Assembly (NCBI RefSeq): GCF_964355755.1
Contig: NC_092671.1
Coordinates: 8,432,001-8,496,000, forward strand
DNA length: 64,000 nt
Reading direction: 5' to 3'
DNA from: Antedon mediterranea
Taxonomy: Eukaryota > Animalia > Echinodermata
The notes under the pieces were generated by a model. It was not told where the DNA came from. It was given only the letters and a program-made list of their open reading frames with translations, and made no database searches. The position numbers and the translations under genes are program-made. Of the stretch, positions 1-12,500 are shown in pieces; positions within the stretch are counted from its first letter, which is position 1, and each line of letters opens with the position of its first letter.

Positions 1-3000
1 TTTTTGCTCCAATGGGCTTCAAAATGGAAATTCACAAGTCTAATTGTTTTAACCACTAAACTTTTGATTCTTCGGTTTAAAAAAACGTAGAAAAGTTATT
101 TGTTTAAGTCATCCTTTGCCCAAGTGAAGGGACACAAAGTTGACACGCGCATAAAAACTGTATCATTATTATCAGCGTTTGAATGCGCGCGTATACAACG
201 TGTTTTCGGCGTTCGCGTACAACAGTCGTTATAATCATATCAACGTCTAAATTTGAGCGTACGTTGTATGTCTTTACATATCTTCTGAAGATATCAGAAT
301 GGCCCTGAGCTAATTTTATCATTTCAACACTTCTCTGGATGTACGGCACATTTTCGGAGCACGTGTCCAGCAACTTTAGGTCTAAATTAGAAGTGTGTAC
401 AGGTAGAAACGTAAACAAGGACTACATACTTTTAAACCAGCGTCATAACAATGTACACATGTAGTATCGATTAGTATTTGTAACATTTAACTCAACATTC
501 CGTAGGCATATACAAAAAAGCAGGTAGGCCTATTCAACGTGCAAATTCTGCTCCTGTAATATAAAATCAACCATCTAGCAAGATCTATAGTATACTCCAA
601 AATAAAGAGAAAATTCATATCAAATATATCAAAGCATATCAAATATATATCTTTATACAGTAAAGGCGGGTTAGAATTAATTTCTTTGCCTTTTATCTTT
701 TTACAATGTCAGTGTTATACATTGTAAAACATTCTATTAAAGTAATATATGCTTTCTTGACAAGGTGTTTAGACGAAACGAATCTAAATAGTGCGACGTA
801 TGTCATAATTGACTCACAGTAAATCATGTATAAACGCAAGAGAATAATGTTAATTTAGTTTACGGTACGCTAGTGTAAAGAAGGAACTATATATAATAAA
901 CTAAGGTTAAATCATTGGTTAGACCTATTCGCCACAGTGGGGCCATGCTTGTTAAAACGCTCGTGGGATGAACTATCGACGATTTTATCTTTCCGAAACC
1001 ATGATTCACGTGTCTATCCCTTTTGTTACATGAATTACTCCCCGTACGCTTGGTCAAAGGTCGAGTTAAATTTATGCGGTTACAGAGCTAAGAAGAACCC
1101 GGGGGGTATTAGCAGATATTCGTAATGTTGTCCCACGGGGAATATTAAGCATACATCACTACAACATCTTTTAATGCTACAGGCAACGTACGTCAGTATA
1201 CATTCAACCGTTATTTAAGTGTGCAAAGTAAATTTTTCATGACAGTTTTTGCATTGATATGGTTTAGTATATTAAACATGTTAATGTTTATTTCGCCCAA
1301 TGTTGATTATTATAAAGTAAGCTATAGGCCTAAATGATATAATCTTGCACGGGGTGTAGTGTACAATTATATTTATAGACAGCTAACAGTAGCTTTAATT
1401 AAAACGTTTGGTGTTATCACGTAACATAACTTTCAGCCAATCAGAACGTCTTCTTTACTTTACTCATTTCTGAATACGTGGCCCGTACTAAGAAAAAACC
1501 ACGTAAGATTTCCAGCAACCAAAATGCGTATTGTGGGCCTAGCTGGCGAATTGTAAGTCTCAATAAAATAGTATCGTTCAGCTTCACATCAATTAATGTA
1601 TAGCTTGTATATATTATGCACTGATTAACCTATAACTTGGAGTAAATTACGTCAGGGTGGGACATTAAAGTCCCACGTCACATTGAGCGCTGTAACGAGG
1701 TTTTATCAATCACCATTTTCAGACATGATTTATTATATCCATTGTTAATTAACAATCTTATCACACAACAATGATGTGATTTTGTGTATTATTAATAAAG
1801 ATATTATGTATTTTGTTCACTTAAGATTGTCCCAGCGGTCAAGCCATATGCTAAGATTTTAATGTGACCATGTAAACACTATGTCACCATCTGGCGTCAT
1901 CGCGTAGGGCTAATGATTAAAAACAAAGAAATTTGATATTGTATAAAAAAGATGCATTTAAAAATTCATTATTAGTACTTGGTTTGCTTTTTATAATGTT
2001 CGTTAGATAACGGTTTTAGAAATTAGTTATGGTTGTATCGTATATTGTATTTTATCTATATGAAAACGCTGACGTAATGATCCTAGAGCAAAGCTCAGCC
2101 TGGGTTCATTTTGTACATCACATTTTAAGTTGGGTTTTATCGAGAAATTATTGAAAATTCCTACCCTTTTTTACATACGGTGAACACTTTTAGAGATAAA
2201 AAAAACATATTTGAATAGGTCGAGAAGTCAACCTTTTCGTAAAATACGGAAAATGGGGAAATAAAATTTGTCACCATATCCGTCGCATATTTCATAAATC
2301 CCTTCCGAATTGATATCAAAATCAGATCATATTTTTATTTGCCTTATAAAACGATCGTCGACGCAAAATCGGAAGTGTATCGCGGCGCCATCGGTGGCGA
2401 GGGAGGCGACAGCCCGTCATAAAAAACGGCACAGGAGCAGCTGTTTCAGGGCCTCAAATTTACTATATGACATGGTTATTTTATGAGGTAATTATGCAGT
2501 TATTCTACCATTGAGAGAATCGAATATACACAGTTAATATGAGATGAGTCGCTACAGTAATTCCTAAACAAAACGATGAAATTCTGTCTTGCGTCTTCCT
2601 TTGCACATCCATTGCGATGACTACACTACGGTATTCATAAATGATATAACGCTATTAACGCGTGCTAACATTGATAGCACATATTATTGCGTAGATACGG
2701 TTGCATGTGCATGGATCATTTAGATTTAATAATGACAATCGATATTGACTCTTCCTTCAGCTGGGAAATTAAGCTGTTGAACCTATGTATCTGTCTAACG
2801 AAAAAGAAACAGCGCTGCGGATCCTCTCCTCTAATGTGGATTCATAAGTATATCGAATACAATATATTAAACTCACATACAACGAATTATTATAAATGAT
2901 GTTTTAGGAGTTAGGCCTATCTCTTGTTGACATTTTCATACGTCATCGATACAATCAAATAATGGGCGGAGAGGCAAATCCCGGTGGACAGACTACAAGC

Positions 3001-4137
3001 AATTCTTTGCTTCCTGTGACAGGTATAGTAACTAGTCCGATGATAATTCCTCTTTCCGATCAGTTGTATCCATTATTTCATCTTTGATAACTTTGAAATT
3101 AAACAATTAAGCATAACATCAATCAGTATTATGACGGTTATGTTGGAAGGATCTGCAGCCAGCTGCGTCGGGCGAGAACTGGGTCGATCGTAGCATATAG
3201 GTCACGGCGCCCGAGCTTCGTTCTATTCCCCTCCCTTCAACTATGAATTAACTTTTACCAATAAGGTTAGGAAGCAAAAATAAATTTTCGGTTGATTTGC
3301 AGTAGTTGTTGAATGAAACCGATGGTTATTCGTTGAAATTAGGGATCGGGCGCATCTTCCAGGAGTTAGACTTAATTTTGTCTCTGAGTTGTCCACTCGC
3401 GGGGTTTATTTTTTAACGCTCATATTAAGTAATAAATACATGATTGTCATTAGTCTGAACGTTTTCAACTGCGAATGATAATACGTAATCTAATCTACTT
3501 AATGTTTTCATTAGGGATATAAAAAGATAAACGAATAGGTTTTTTTATTGTTTTTATAGAAAAATTCCTTTTATTGCTCCTTGTTTTCCTAAATTTGTAA
3601 CTGTATCTTTAAAGAATAAACATGCAAATGTGAAAACGGTTAAATCTTTGTTAACACAATCACACGACTGATTCCTATCAACACATGCGTTGTTATTTCA
3701 ACAAATTATGATTAAACTTTTCTTAATGTGACGCAACGAATAACATAATAACATTTAACATTGTTTGTTGATTTTCGTGCCAATTATAAACTAGATGAAT
3801 GTCTAAAATTGTAGAACATGATATGGTTTACTAACTTTTGACATCTTTTACACGACTCCCAACGTCTACCATTTTTTTTTAATATTTTAAAAACTCGAGT
3901 TAGACGCCAATATAAATAATTAGTTTTCAGTGTTTTAGATTTATACTGAGTCAAATTATATTAAATTATATACGGTAATAGAATCATGTAATCTCAAATT
4001 CTGGGTTTGTTCTATTTATGTCACTTCTAATATGAACTTTGCCTGATTGAGTTCCAAGGTCAAAATATATTTAGATCTTTAAAAAAGTTGAAATAGAACG
4101 CACCAAATCAGTTGCTAAGAAACTAATTGAAGATACC

Positions 4138-4380
4138 AAACTATTTTTTGAATCAATAACTATTATCCTTATTTCATTCAAAATTAACTATCTCAATCGA
4201 TTATTTCAATCAAAATAAATTATTATGTCAATCAAAATTAACGACTATTTCAATCAAAATTAACTACGGTACTATTTCAATCAGAGTTAACAATTATTTC
4301 AATCAAGATTAACTACTATACTACTTAAAGCAAAGTTAACTATTATTTCAATCAAAATTAACTAAATTTATGAATCAAAA
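4138..4380. repeat. Degenerate minisatellite of about 22-28 bp (AACTATTATTTCAATCAAAATT)
   Basis: About ten imperfect copies roughly 0.7 kb upstream of the MRF-a ATG. Confidence 0.8.
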
Positions 4381-4779
4381 GTTTTTGTTTTGAGGTCATC
4401 TTTAACCGGAAGTAAGTGATCTAAGTACCACATTTTCTGGAGTTCTGTTGCATGTTTTAAAAAAGAGTTTTACTCTTTGCCAGAGGCAAAACATGTATTT
4501 GAATTAACTTCAAGAAATCAACAAGCCCGCCTCACCATATGGATAAATGGACGATTGACTTTGCTAATGACTTCAGCTCCCTAAAGGCATTCTACGTTTC
4601 ACTCTCTTAGCACTATTTTGATTTGACTTCCCACACACACTCGCATACCACTGATGTGGTACAACTGATGTAATAAAGTTTCCTACATGAGTTTAAAACG
4701 AAGAATTTAAAACTTTTTCTGAAATAAATCCGATTGTTTTATACTTTTACGTCACGGTTTTGGGCAGACGATTTTAACG

Positions 4780-5035
4780 TCATAAAAATCACATCACTGC
4801 GTCCATTAACCACCACAAGAGAACATCTTTATTCCGGAAGCGGTCTGTCGATAATTCCGTTCATGGATTATTTAGTGCGCATGTGCAATAAGAAGCGATA
4901 TCAGTGTAAAAGTACAGAGCGCTGTCTGATAATATAAGTTATGAGAGGCTGGATTTCAGCACGATCTTAAAAGTATTTCTTTGCGATACTACACACTGAA
5001 GTAACTAGATTAGTTTATTGACTACTACAAACAAC
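4780..5035 (+). promoter_or_regulatory. Probable MRF-a proximal promoter and 5' UTR
   Basis: The stretch is relatively CpG-rich, with an ETS-like CCGGAAG near 4834 and a TATA-like AATATAAG near 4931, about 100 nt before the ATG. The call is based on position; the TSS is not demonstrated. Confidence 0.45.
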
Positions 5036-5575
5036 ATGGCATCGGCAAGCCAACTACCGCATAGGAATCAGAACCATTTAAATTCATGCCGTTTCTACGA
5101 TTCCCCTCAATATAATGGATTTTCAAATTATGATCAGTTTTACCAAGACAGCGACCATTATTCGTCATACTCGAAGTATCCAAAAAGTCCGGACGAACTG
5201 TACGACGGCGACGAAAACTGTGAAAATGATGAAGAATGTTGGCGACGAGAAGAGAACCCAGATCATGTGTTGAATCCTGGTCATGCAAGGCATGGTAATC
5301 GCAGCTGTCTACTTTGGGCTTGTAAAGCCTGTAAAAAACAATCACATAGTTTGGACAAACGCCGCGCCGCAACCATGCGAGAACGCAGGCGGTTAGGTAA
5401 GGTGAACTCGGCATTTGAAACTTTAAAACGACACACCTGTCCGAACCCAGACCAGCGTATTCCAAAAGTTATGATATTAAGACACGCAATTCAATACATT
5501 GACAGACTGCAAATGATTCTCCATCAAAGTGAACAATCAGATACGGATAGTGCAAGGGATTCACCATTGAACAGG
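5036..5575 (+). CDS. MyoD: MRF-a (MyoD/Myf5-family myogenic bHLH factor), coding exon 1
   Basis: ATG in AACATGG context at 5036. The translation contains the His/Cys motif HVLNPGH...[11 protein letters not shown] and the b[56 protein letters not shown], including the myogenic-code Ala-Thr and junction Lys. The exon ends at a strong phase-0 donor AGG|GTAAGT and is 540 nt long. Confidence 0.96.
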
Positions 5576-8200
5576 GTAAGTTTATTAAGTTAACATTATA
5601 AAAATGACCGAAATAAAGGAAATGAATGAATGATATCCTAAGGTTGGAAATAGTAAACTAACTTGCATGCTTAATTATTAAATGTCTGCAATATGAAGTT
5701 TCTGTTGCAGTATTATATGATTGTTATGAAAACTAGTTAAAAATAAATAAAATGAAAGTAAATACGGTAATATGTGATGTTTAGTCGTATAATAGTTAAT
5801 ACGATCTTTCAAAGCAACTTACGTTACAAATTAAATGGAAAATTTACTGGTGAAGTTAATAAACAAAATAGATAAATCTGTACTGAAACATCTGCACTTA
5901 ATAATATCATTATTACATTAAAGAATATCGTAATATTTTCTTCCAACTTCATCGTAAAAAAAAATCGAGTTTTCATCAATGGGTTCAAGGCCCAGCTCGT
6001 CAGTGTGAGGTGGAAACGGTCACTTACGTGCCTATAATTTAAAGTATTAGTGATTTTAATGAGATACTTTTATAAATGAAAATTCCACATGGGAATGGGA
6101 AGTAAACAATAAGATGACTTATAACGAACTTTCATTTTCTGCAAAGCTTCTTGTGTTTATTAATTAGGAAGACAAAAAACAATAATTGATCTTTTTGTTT
6201 CATTTACATATTTTACTGAATCGGTTTTAAAAAACTTCGCAACGATTTTTCATTTATGTATACGAATGATGAATAAATTACTGTATACATAATATTACAT
6301 AAAGTATATACATACAGTACAACGGGTATACGGTAATATGCACCTTTTTACAAAATACATTTAAGTGAAACTTTACATTTTAAACCATACATTTATGTGT
6401 AAGTTTGTATTATTTTATTTGCTATATTATTTCACAATAAACTAAAGTTTAAATCGCTCATGAATTCCTTACGGATTAGTGTAATAATATCGTTATTACA
6501 TAGCCTATAGAGGCCCATAATGTAACAAAAATACTCAATAAAAAGGTTTATATAACTCCAGAAAATCGTTTCGATTTTAGGTTAACATGCGATCTAGTTT
6601 CTCTTTATCAGAGGCTATTCTATTTAATGTTGAAAGCAACAACTTTTTGAAGATTTAAAAATGTGATGTTTGTGAATAAAACAGTTTCTTGATTAAGGCT
6701 TGAGTTTACCAGCAGTGATGGTGTTCACACGCAAACGCGACGTATTATTATTTTCGACCTTGATGTCTCCCACTAATGGGGTATCGTTTCACTTCCTTCC
6801 GGTTTTCTCAAGGTGGGTATACTTTTGACAGATCTATCTATGTACCCGGCCTTCGATGTGTACCTATGTAACTGGTATAATGCTATAGTAACTGGCTATT
6901 ATGTAAAATTACAATTTAATTCAAGATGTGCCATTTGTCCTCCTTGAAGTAATCAATGTAATAAACTATAACATTGGATTTTTAAATTAACTTGCTCTCT
7001 CTACCAGGAAATGCTGAGGCAGGCTTCTATTGGTCGTTTTTACTTATTTTTTGTAGCTAAGGCTACAGAGCTCCGAGTTAATAGTAAAGTAAAATGAGAT
7101 AATCATGCTTGATTACAATTATTCTTTTCTCATTTTAGTGTGTTCGTTAGGGCCATCTGGACAAAGTGGGATTTAATTGAATGGAGACCTATTAAAAAAT
7201 CATGTCTCCATTCTCGTTATAAGCTGCCGCCCATTCCTTAGTCATTTAAATTGGTTGATTTGTAAAGCAGATTCAGATTCTTTTCTTCTTGTACTAAATA
7301 TTAGTCTATCAATATTAAATTAAGTTTTTCTTCTTTTTTTCTAAGTTTCTAACAGGCTTACCCAAGGTCTTCAGGCAGAGGATAGTAATACAGTAATTCT
7401 CCTTAACATGTTACAACAAGTGCTCTTATTAGAACTTCTACAAAATTAGGATACTGAGTTTACTAGATAACAATTATTCATCCTTTACAATTATTTCACA
7501 TGCTAACAGTACAGCGACATGTTTCTGACTTAAGTCAAAAAATGTATCAAATGTATTACCCCGTATATTTTGTAATCATCTATGATTCAACAGATTGCAT
7601 CAGTACTAACCCTGTAAAATGTAAACGTATACAAGTAATAGAAATTAGAAGAATATGTGAGGCACATCCACAAAGATAAAAAAATGCTATAGGCCTTGTG
7701 CGATAAACCCAATTTATGTTATGGATGTGTTGATGCTACAGTTTAGGTTCTGAAAAGTTACGTGTTTCAAACGCTGTTTTAATTATTTGAAACGATTTAC
7801 ACTATTTCTTTATTTATTTGGAGTTCTTTAACACAGGTGCTATGGTTTTTATAGATGTAAAACCCCTACCCGTCTGCGAATGACCTTCTTGGTTTGAACA
7901 ACGTCTTTAACTCCCGACAGCGCGGTTAAGCGTCCGAACCGCAACGGCTGTGGTTAAACGTTCTCATTGCTGAATGATATAAACAACCTTTACCCTGATT
8001 TCAAGTTATAAATTTCAATAGGCTTTATACCATTCCCCTGGAATTCCCAATAAGAGCATACCTCCAGGACCCAACAAAGGTCCCTTAAGAAATTTCCTCT
8101 GAATAGGGGTTGGCAAATGTGTTAAAACATATTATTTCCCCTTGGTTTCACGGGAAAGTGTTCGTTTCACGGGAAAGGAGTGTTTTATACTGTATTTTGT

Positions 8201-8316
8201 TTTTATTCACGTGCAATGCGACTCTACAGCTTACTATGTCGGTTGATCGGTTGGTCGGTCGGTAAACACTAACTCCAATTTGAGCACGCGACTGCGTCCA
8301 TGTATATGGCCTTGTT
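8201..8316 (+). mobile_element. Helentron/DINE-1-like short element
   Basis: T-rich start, CACGTGCAATGCGACTCTA hairpin, GTCGGT microsatellite and GGCCTTGTT end. A reverse-complement copy lies at 61893-62010. Confidence 0.65.
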
Positions 8317-8994
8317 AGTCTTTGTTTTCGTTGATTACGGTATTTATTAAGCTCTTTTTATCAATGATACCAAAAGAGACAAAGTTGGTGTATCGTCCGC
8401 ATAGTTGAGTGTTTCTTCATATTTTAAATGCATAATGTGAATTTGTCGACCAGAAACTGATTTATTTTGCTTACGAGTCACATTTGTTGATGTAGCTGTT
8501 TTTTCAGCTTATGCTGTTTTCCAACCTGACATTATTATATAATTACATTTTGTTGCAGTTTTGTAGGTTCTTGAACTCGAACATTAAGATCACATAATAT
8601 TGTGTGTGTGATATGCTGGATTCCATACGTGCTCATCTGTTACTGTCATTAATTAACATGACAACTAATTAGAATTAACTATGAGCCGTTTCAGATCTGT
8701 AAAATTTGTAAATATGCACAGTAGAATATTTTGATTTCATATTATGATATTTCATGTTCATATCTCCTTAGGCTTATTACTGTAAATTACATGAAAAAAA
8801 ATGATAAAATTGTGTAATGAAAACAATACTTTATAATTCACGGACTCTCCTCCATCAATTTCGCCTAACTTTCCTCTTTTGTTTTGAAATATTTTTAAGA
8901 TGAGGATGGCCTACTATATTTACACAACATATAAATTTACGTAACTATTTCTAAATGAATTTAGATGTTCGTGTACAGAACAGCGAAACTGTCT

Positions 8995-9330
8995 GGTAAC
9001 TTTTACCATATTTTTTATTTCAATTGGTTTGTTCATGAAAAAAATATCAATGCTATTTTATCCATGGTTTTTAAATTCATTTTATAAAAAATGTAGAACA
9101 TCTACAAACCAATTGCTTCTAGTCCTATCTAGGCCTAACAACCTTTTTTTTTTATTTATGGTAACTTTTACCATTTTTTTTTAATTTCGATTGGGATGTT
9201 CATGAAAAAAATATCAATGTTATTTTATCCATGGTTTTTAAATTCATTTTATAAAAGTCTAGAACACATACAAACCAATTGCTTCTACTAGTCCTATCTA
9301 GGCCTAACACACTTTTTTTTTATTTATTTA
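8995..9330. repeat. Local tandem duplication, about 165 bp x 2
   Basis: GGTAACTTTTACCAT...CATGAAAAAAATATCAATG...CCTATCTAGGCCTAACA occurs twice in tandem. Confidence 0.9.
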
Positions 9331-12039
9331 GTTTTTTTCTCACCTCCATTTACAATTTACAATGAATAAAACAATAAAATCAAAGTGTATTGAGTTATTC
9401 AAAATCTATTAGACATATAGAAGTACATATTGCATTGTATTGCTCTTTGTATGAGCATTAACTTGTTTTTAGAAAGATCTACTTTTCTCTGCGGAATAAT
9501 CTATTACTAAAATCCGTGTGTTAGATAGATTAGGCGCACCGAAGTATGGAGTTCTGTCTGCGGAATAATGAAAATCGCTTTATATAAACCCAGTTAGCAT
9601 TTCCCCGATTACCCAAAACATTTCCGAGTAGTCTTGTTGCGATACAATACAAGAAATAACTGTTGGTCAAGGCCATTACTGTATTAGACTGGAAAGTTTG
9701 CATTGCAGTCAATCGGGGAGAAAGTCCACAATCATCAGCAATGGAAAGTTATTTGAATTCCCTTGCTGATATAAAATACAACATCATAGCATAATAGATA
9801 AATTTACCTTGAAGATAAAGAAAACGAATTATGCAATATTGATATGTTTAATTATTGCGTATAAGGCCTATTCTCTTTTCCTTCTTTGATGTGGTGATAT
9901 CATTAACTTCTAATATGTCAGTAGCTAGTAGTAGGCCTATCATGACTCGCAATACATACATACGGGTGATAGTATTTTTTTCAGCCGAGAATAATGCATT
10001 TTAGATTCTACTTTAAGTACTTTTAGTCCTAGCTCATGTCGGGAGCATCTTTCTTACTACCTATAGTATAATGAAGGCCTCCGAAACCAGTTTTAAACCT
10101 GGAAACCGTGAGTTACTATAATATAAAAATGAAACAAATTACTTTAACGCCCGGCAAGAGTTTAAATAATTTTACGGAATTCTATTTTGTGGTAAAACAT
10201 TAGAAACATGATACCTAGAGCTATTCGCTTGTAAGAAGCTACAACTGAACATTCGCTGCTGTTCAATAAATTATTTTAAGCCCCCTACATTTTTATTGTG
10301 TAGTTTATTTGCGCATATCATAAGGATAACATTAGAACACGGATCCTCTCTATTCATGATTTAAGAGCAACCGGTTTGGGATTTAACCCGGCGCCTTGTT
10401 GGTTTTTCGGATCAGGATAATTTTACTAAACGAACCCACGCGAATTGCAGTCTTTTTTGTACATTCAAGAAGTTAATAATATTCCTTTTTAATGTAATAA
10501 ACAGTATGATTAATACATTAAACAGATTATTTAACAATAAAGGAGACATTAAATTATTACGGTTATCATTATTATTTAACTCCATATTAATATCATTTTT
10601 AATATCTTCTTTGTGTTCTGCTTTTTCACCACATTTTGCCTTAGGTGAAAGAGAAGATCTTCCTCCTATCTAACAACAACAAAAATCCTTTTAATTACTT
10701 TTAACAGCTTTCTTGCCATTAACTTAATTTTATATCTAATTTACTCTAATCTCTGTTTATTTAAATAATAGGTATCATGTATTTTATAATTATTTTGACA
10801 ACATATTAAATGTAATGTTTACAGCACAGGAGGAAATATCAGAGAATGCAGATTAAACATTGAATCCATTTAAGGAACATTTTTTAATTTCAGACTAAAA
10901 TAGATCGGTTTCCATGAATATTAAAAGTACGGTACCTTTTTACACCTTAATTTTTCTTTAAAATTTCAGACTACTGGCCTTTATATCATAATGATATTTC
11001 AGTATTTTGTCCTTAAAAATATTGGAGCTTACAAAAGTGATTTCTTAGTACAGACGTGTATCGAAAGAATAAATAATTCCACTATATTGTCTACCGTAGT
11101 TTATGCCAAGACTAAACAAAATTGTTAAAATTAACTGTACTTAATTTTTTTTTAATCTAATATTTTGATTAAAGACTAAAGTTTTAGACGTAACGCATAC
11201 ATACAAAAGAGTAAAACTGGTGGTGGTCTGACATTTAATGACTGGGTCACAAATCATCCGGGTACAGATTCAATGGGGCGTTTGTGAAATTGCTATTTTA
11301 CCTGGTGGTTCATTATTACTGGGACGATACATGTCAATAATGGTTAAGGACAATATAATTAACTTTGAAAAAAAAGTACAGTAAACGATTAGTTCTGCCC
11401 TTTTCCCATTCACCGCTTCAGCATTCCTAAATCCTTTCCGGTCAAATTTTCCCAGACCGTCTGTTAATACGCGCGCGTACACTGTGGTAAAAATCCCCCG
11501 CGGGAGACCTATTTTAATCGAATTATTTCCTCCCCGTGTGAGAGTTTTTTCTTGATATGACAATTTATATTATATAAATATAATATATTAGCTTTTTAGT
11601 GACATCTTTATAATTGATCTGCGATTACTTTAAGCCTCTACAATTTTTGTTTACGGTTTTGTGTAGATTTTATTTTGTCCGGTCCTGAAAACGGGTTACG
11701 TTACTTTCGGGGGTGGGGCGGGGGAGTGCACACCTATTCAGGGGACAACTTCCCGTGAAAGAAACGAGCTGCATTATATGATATATTTATATGGCCAACC
11801 CTTATTTAGGGGCCAACCCTTATTTAGGGGACACCTATATTCTAATTTTTAGGATTGTCTTGTCTGGTTTTTTATTTAACATGAATATTAAACATATTTT
11901 TTTATCGATTCAAATTCAAAATTATTCCAATTGTTTTGGTTTTGAATAAACTACAAATCATCTATTTTCCCACAGTCCAACATCGCCTAAATTTACAGCA
12001 TTAGTATATCAATCAGTGTCGGTAAATTGAGGTACATTA

Positions 12040-12500
12040 CCGTTTGAAGGACACATTTTATTCGTATAATGCCGCTAGAAACATAAGGAAAAGTTTTCTT
12101 CTTCTCTGTAATTCCCCAGATGATATAGTAAACTCATTCTCATTTCTAAGAACACTAAAAGAGAAGTCATTAATTGTTTTTAATCTATCTAAAGCAATCT
12201 CTTTTATAAAAATTTATTTTTACACTTTTTTTTTGTGATAGGTCTAGGCCAACTTTTTTACTCGTAATGGCGCGTCAGTTTACCTTTTATAAAATATGTT
12301 TTTTACATTATAATATCTTGTTGCGTCATTGGGTCATTTTAATACAAGTTAATAAACTAATTAACACATAACTATACTTGCATACTATACTATACTGTAT
12401 GCTTCACTGATGTTGATTGAAATGTATATTTCATACTTTTTTGTTTTACTTATTATTGTGTGTTAAATGTTTTTTATTTCCTTTTTTTTTTAAATAAATT
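12040..12500 (+). mobile_element. Possible LINE (CR1/L2) 3'-end remnant
   Basis: The peptide RKSF...CNSPDDIVNSFSF resembles the LINE ORF2 C-terminal WNSLP..IV.A.S...FK motif. It is followed by T-rich UTR-like sequence. Confidence 0.3.

Noticed and set aside
5018-5035. ORF-track start at TTG 5018
   Set aside because: This is a eukaryotic gene, and the in-frame ATG at 5036 has a good Kozak context.
5025-5465. 146-aa antisense ORF
   Set aside because: It is a shadow of the MRF-a exon with no recognisable motifs.
7008-7083. Alternative MRF-a exon 2 candidate (EMLRQASIG...)
   Set aside because: The donors are weak and the T-rich interior looks intronic.
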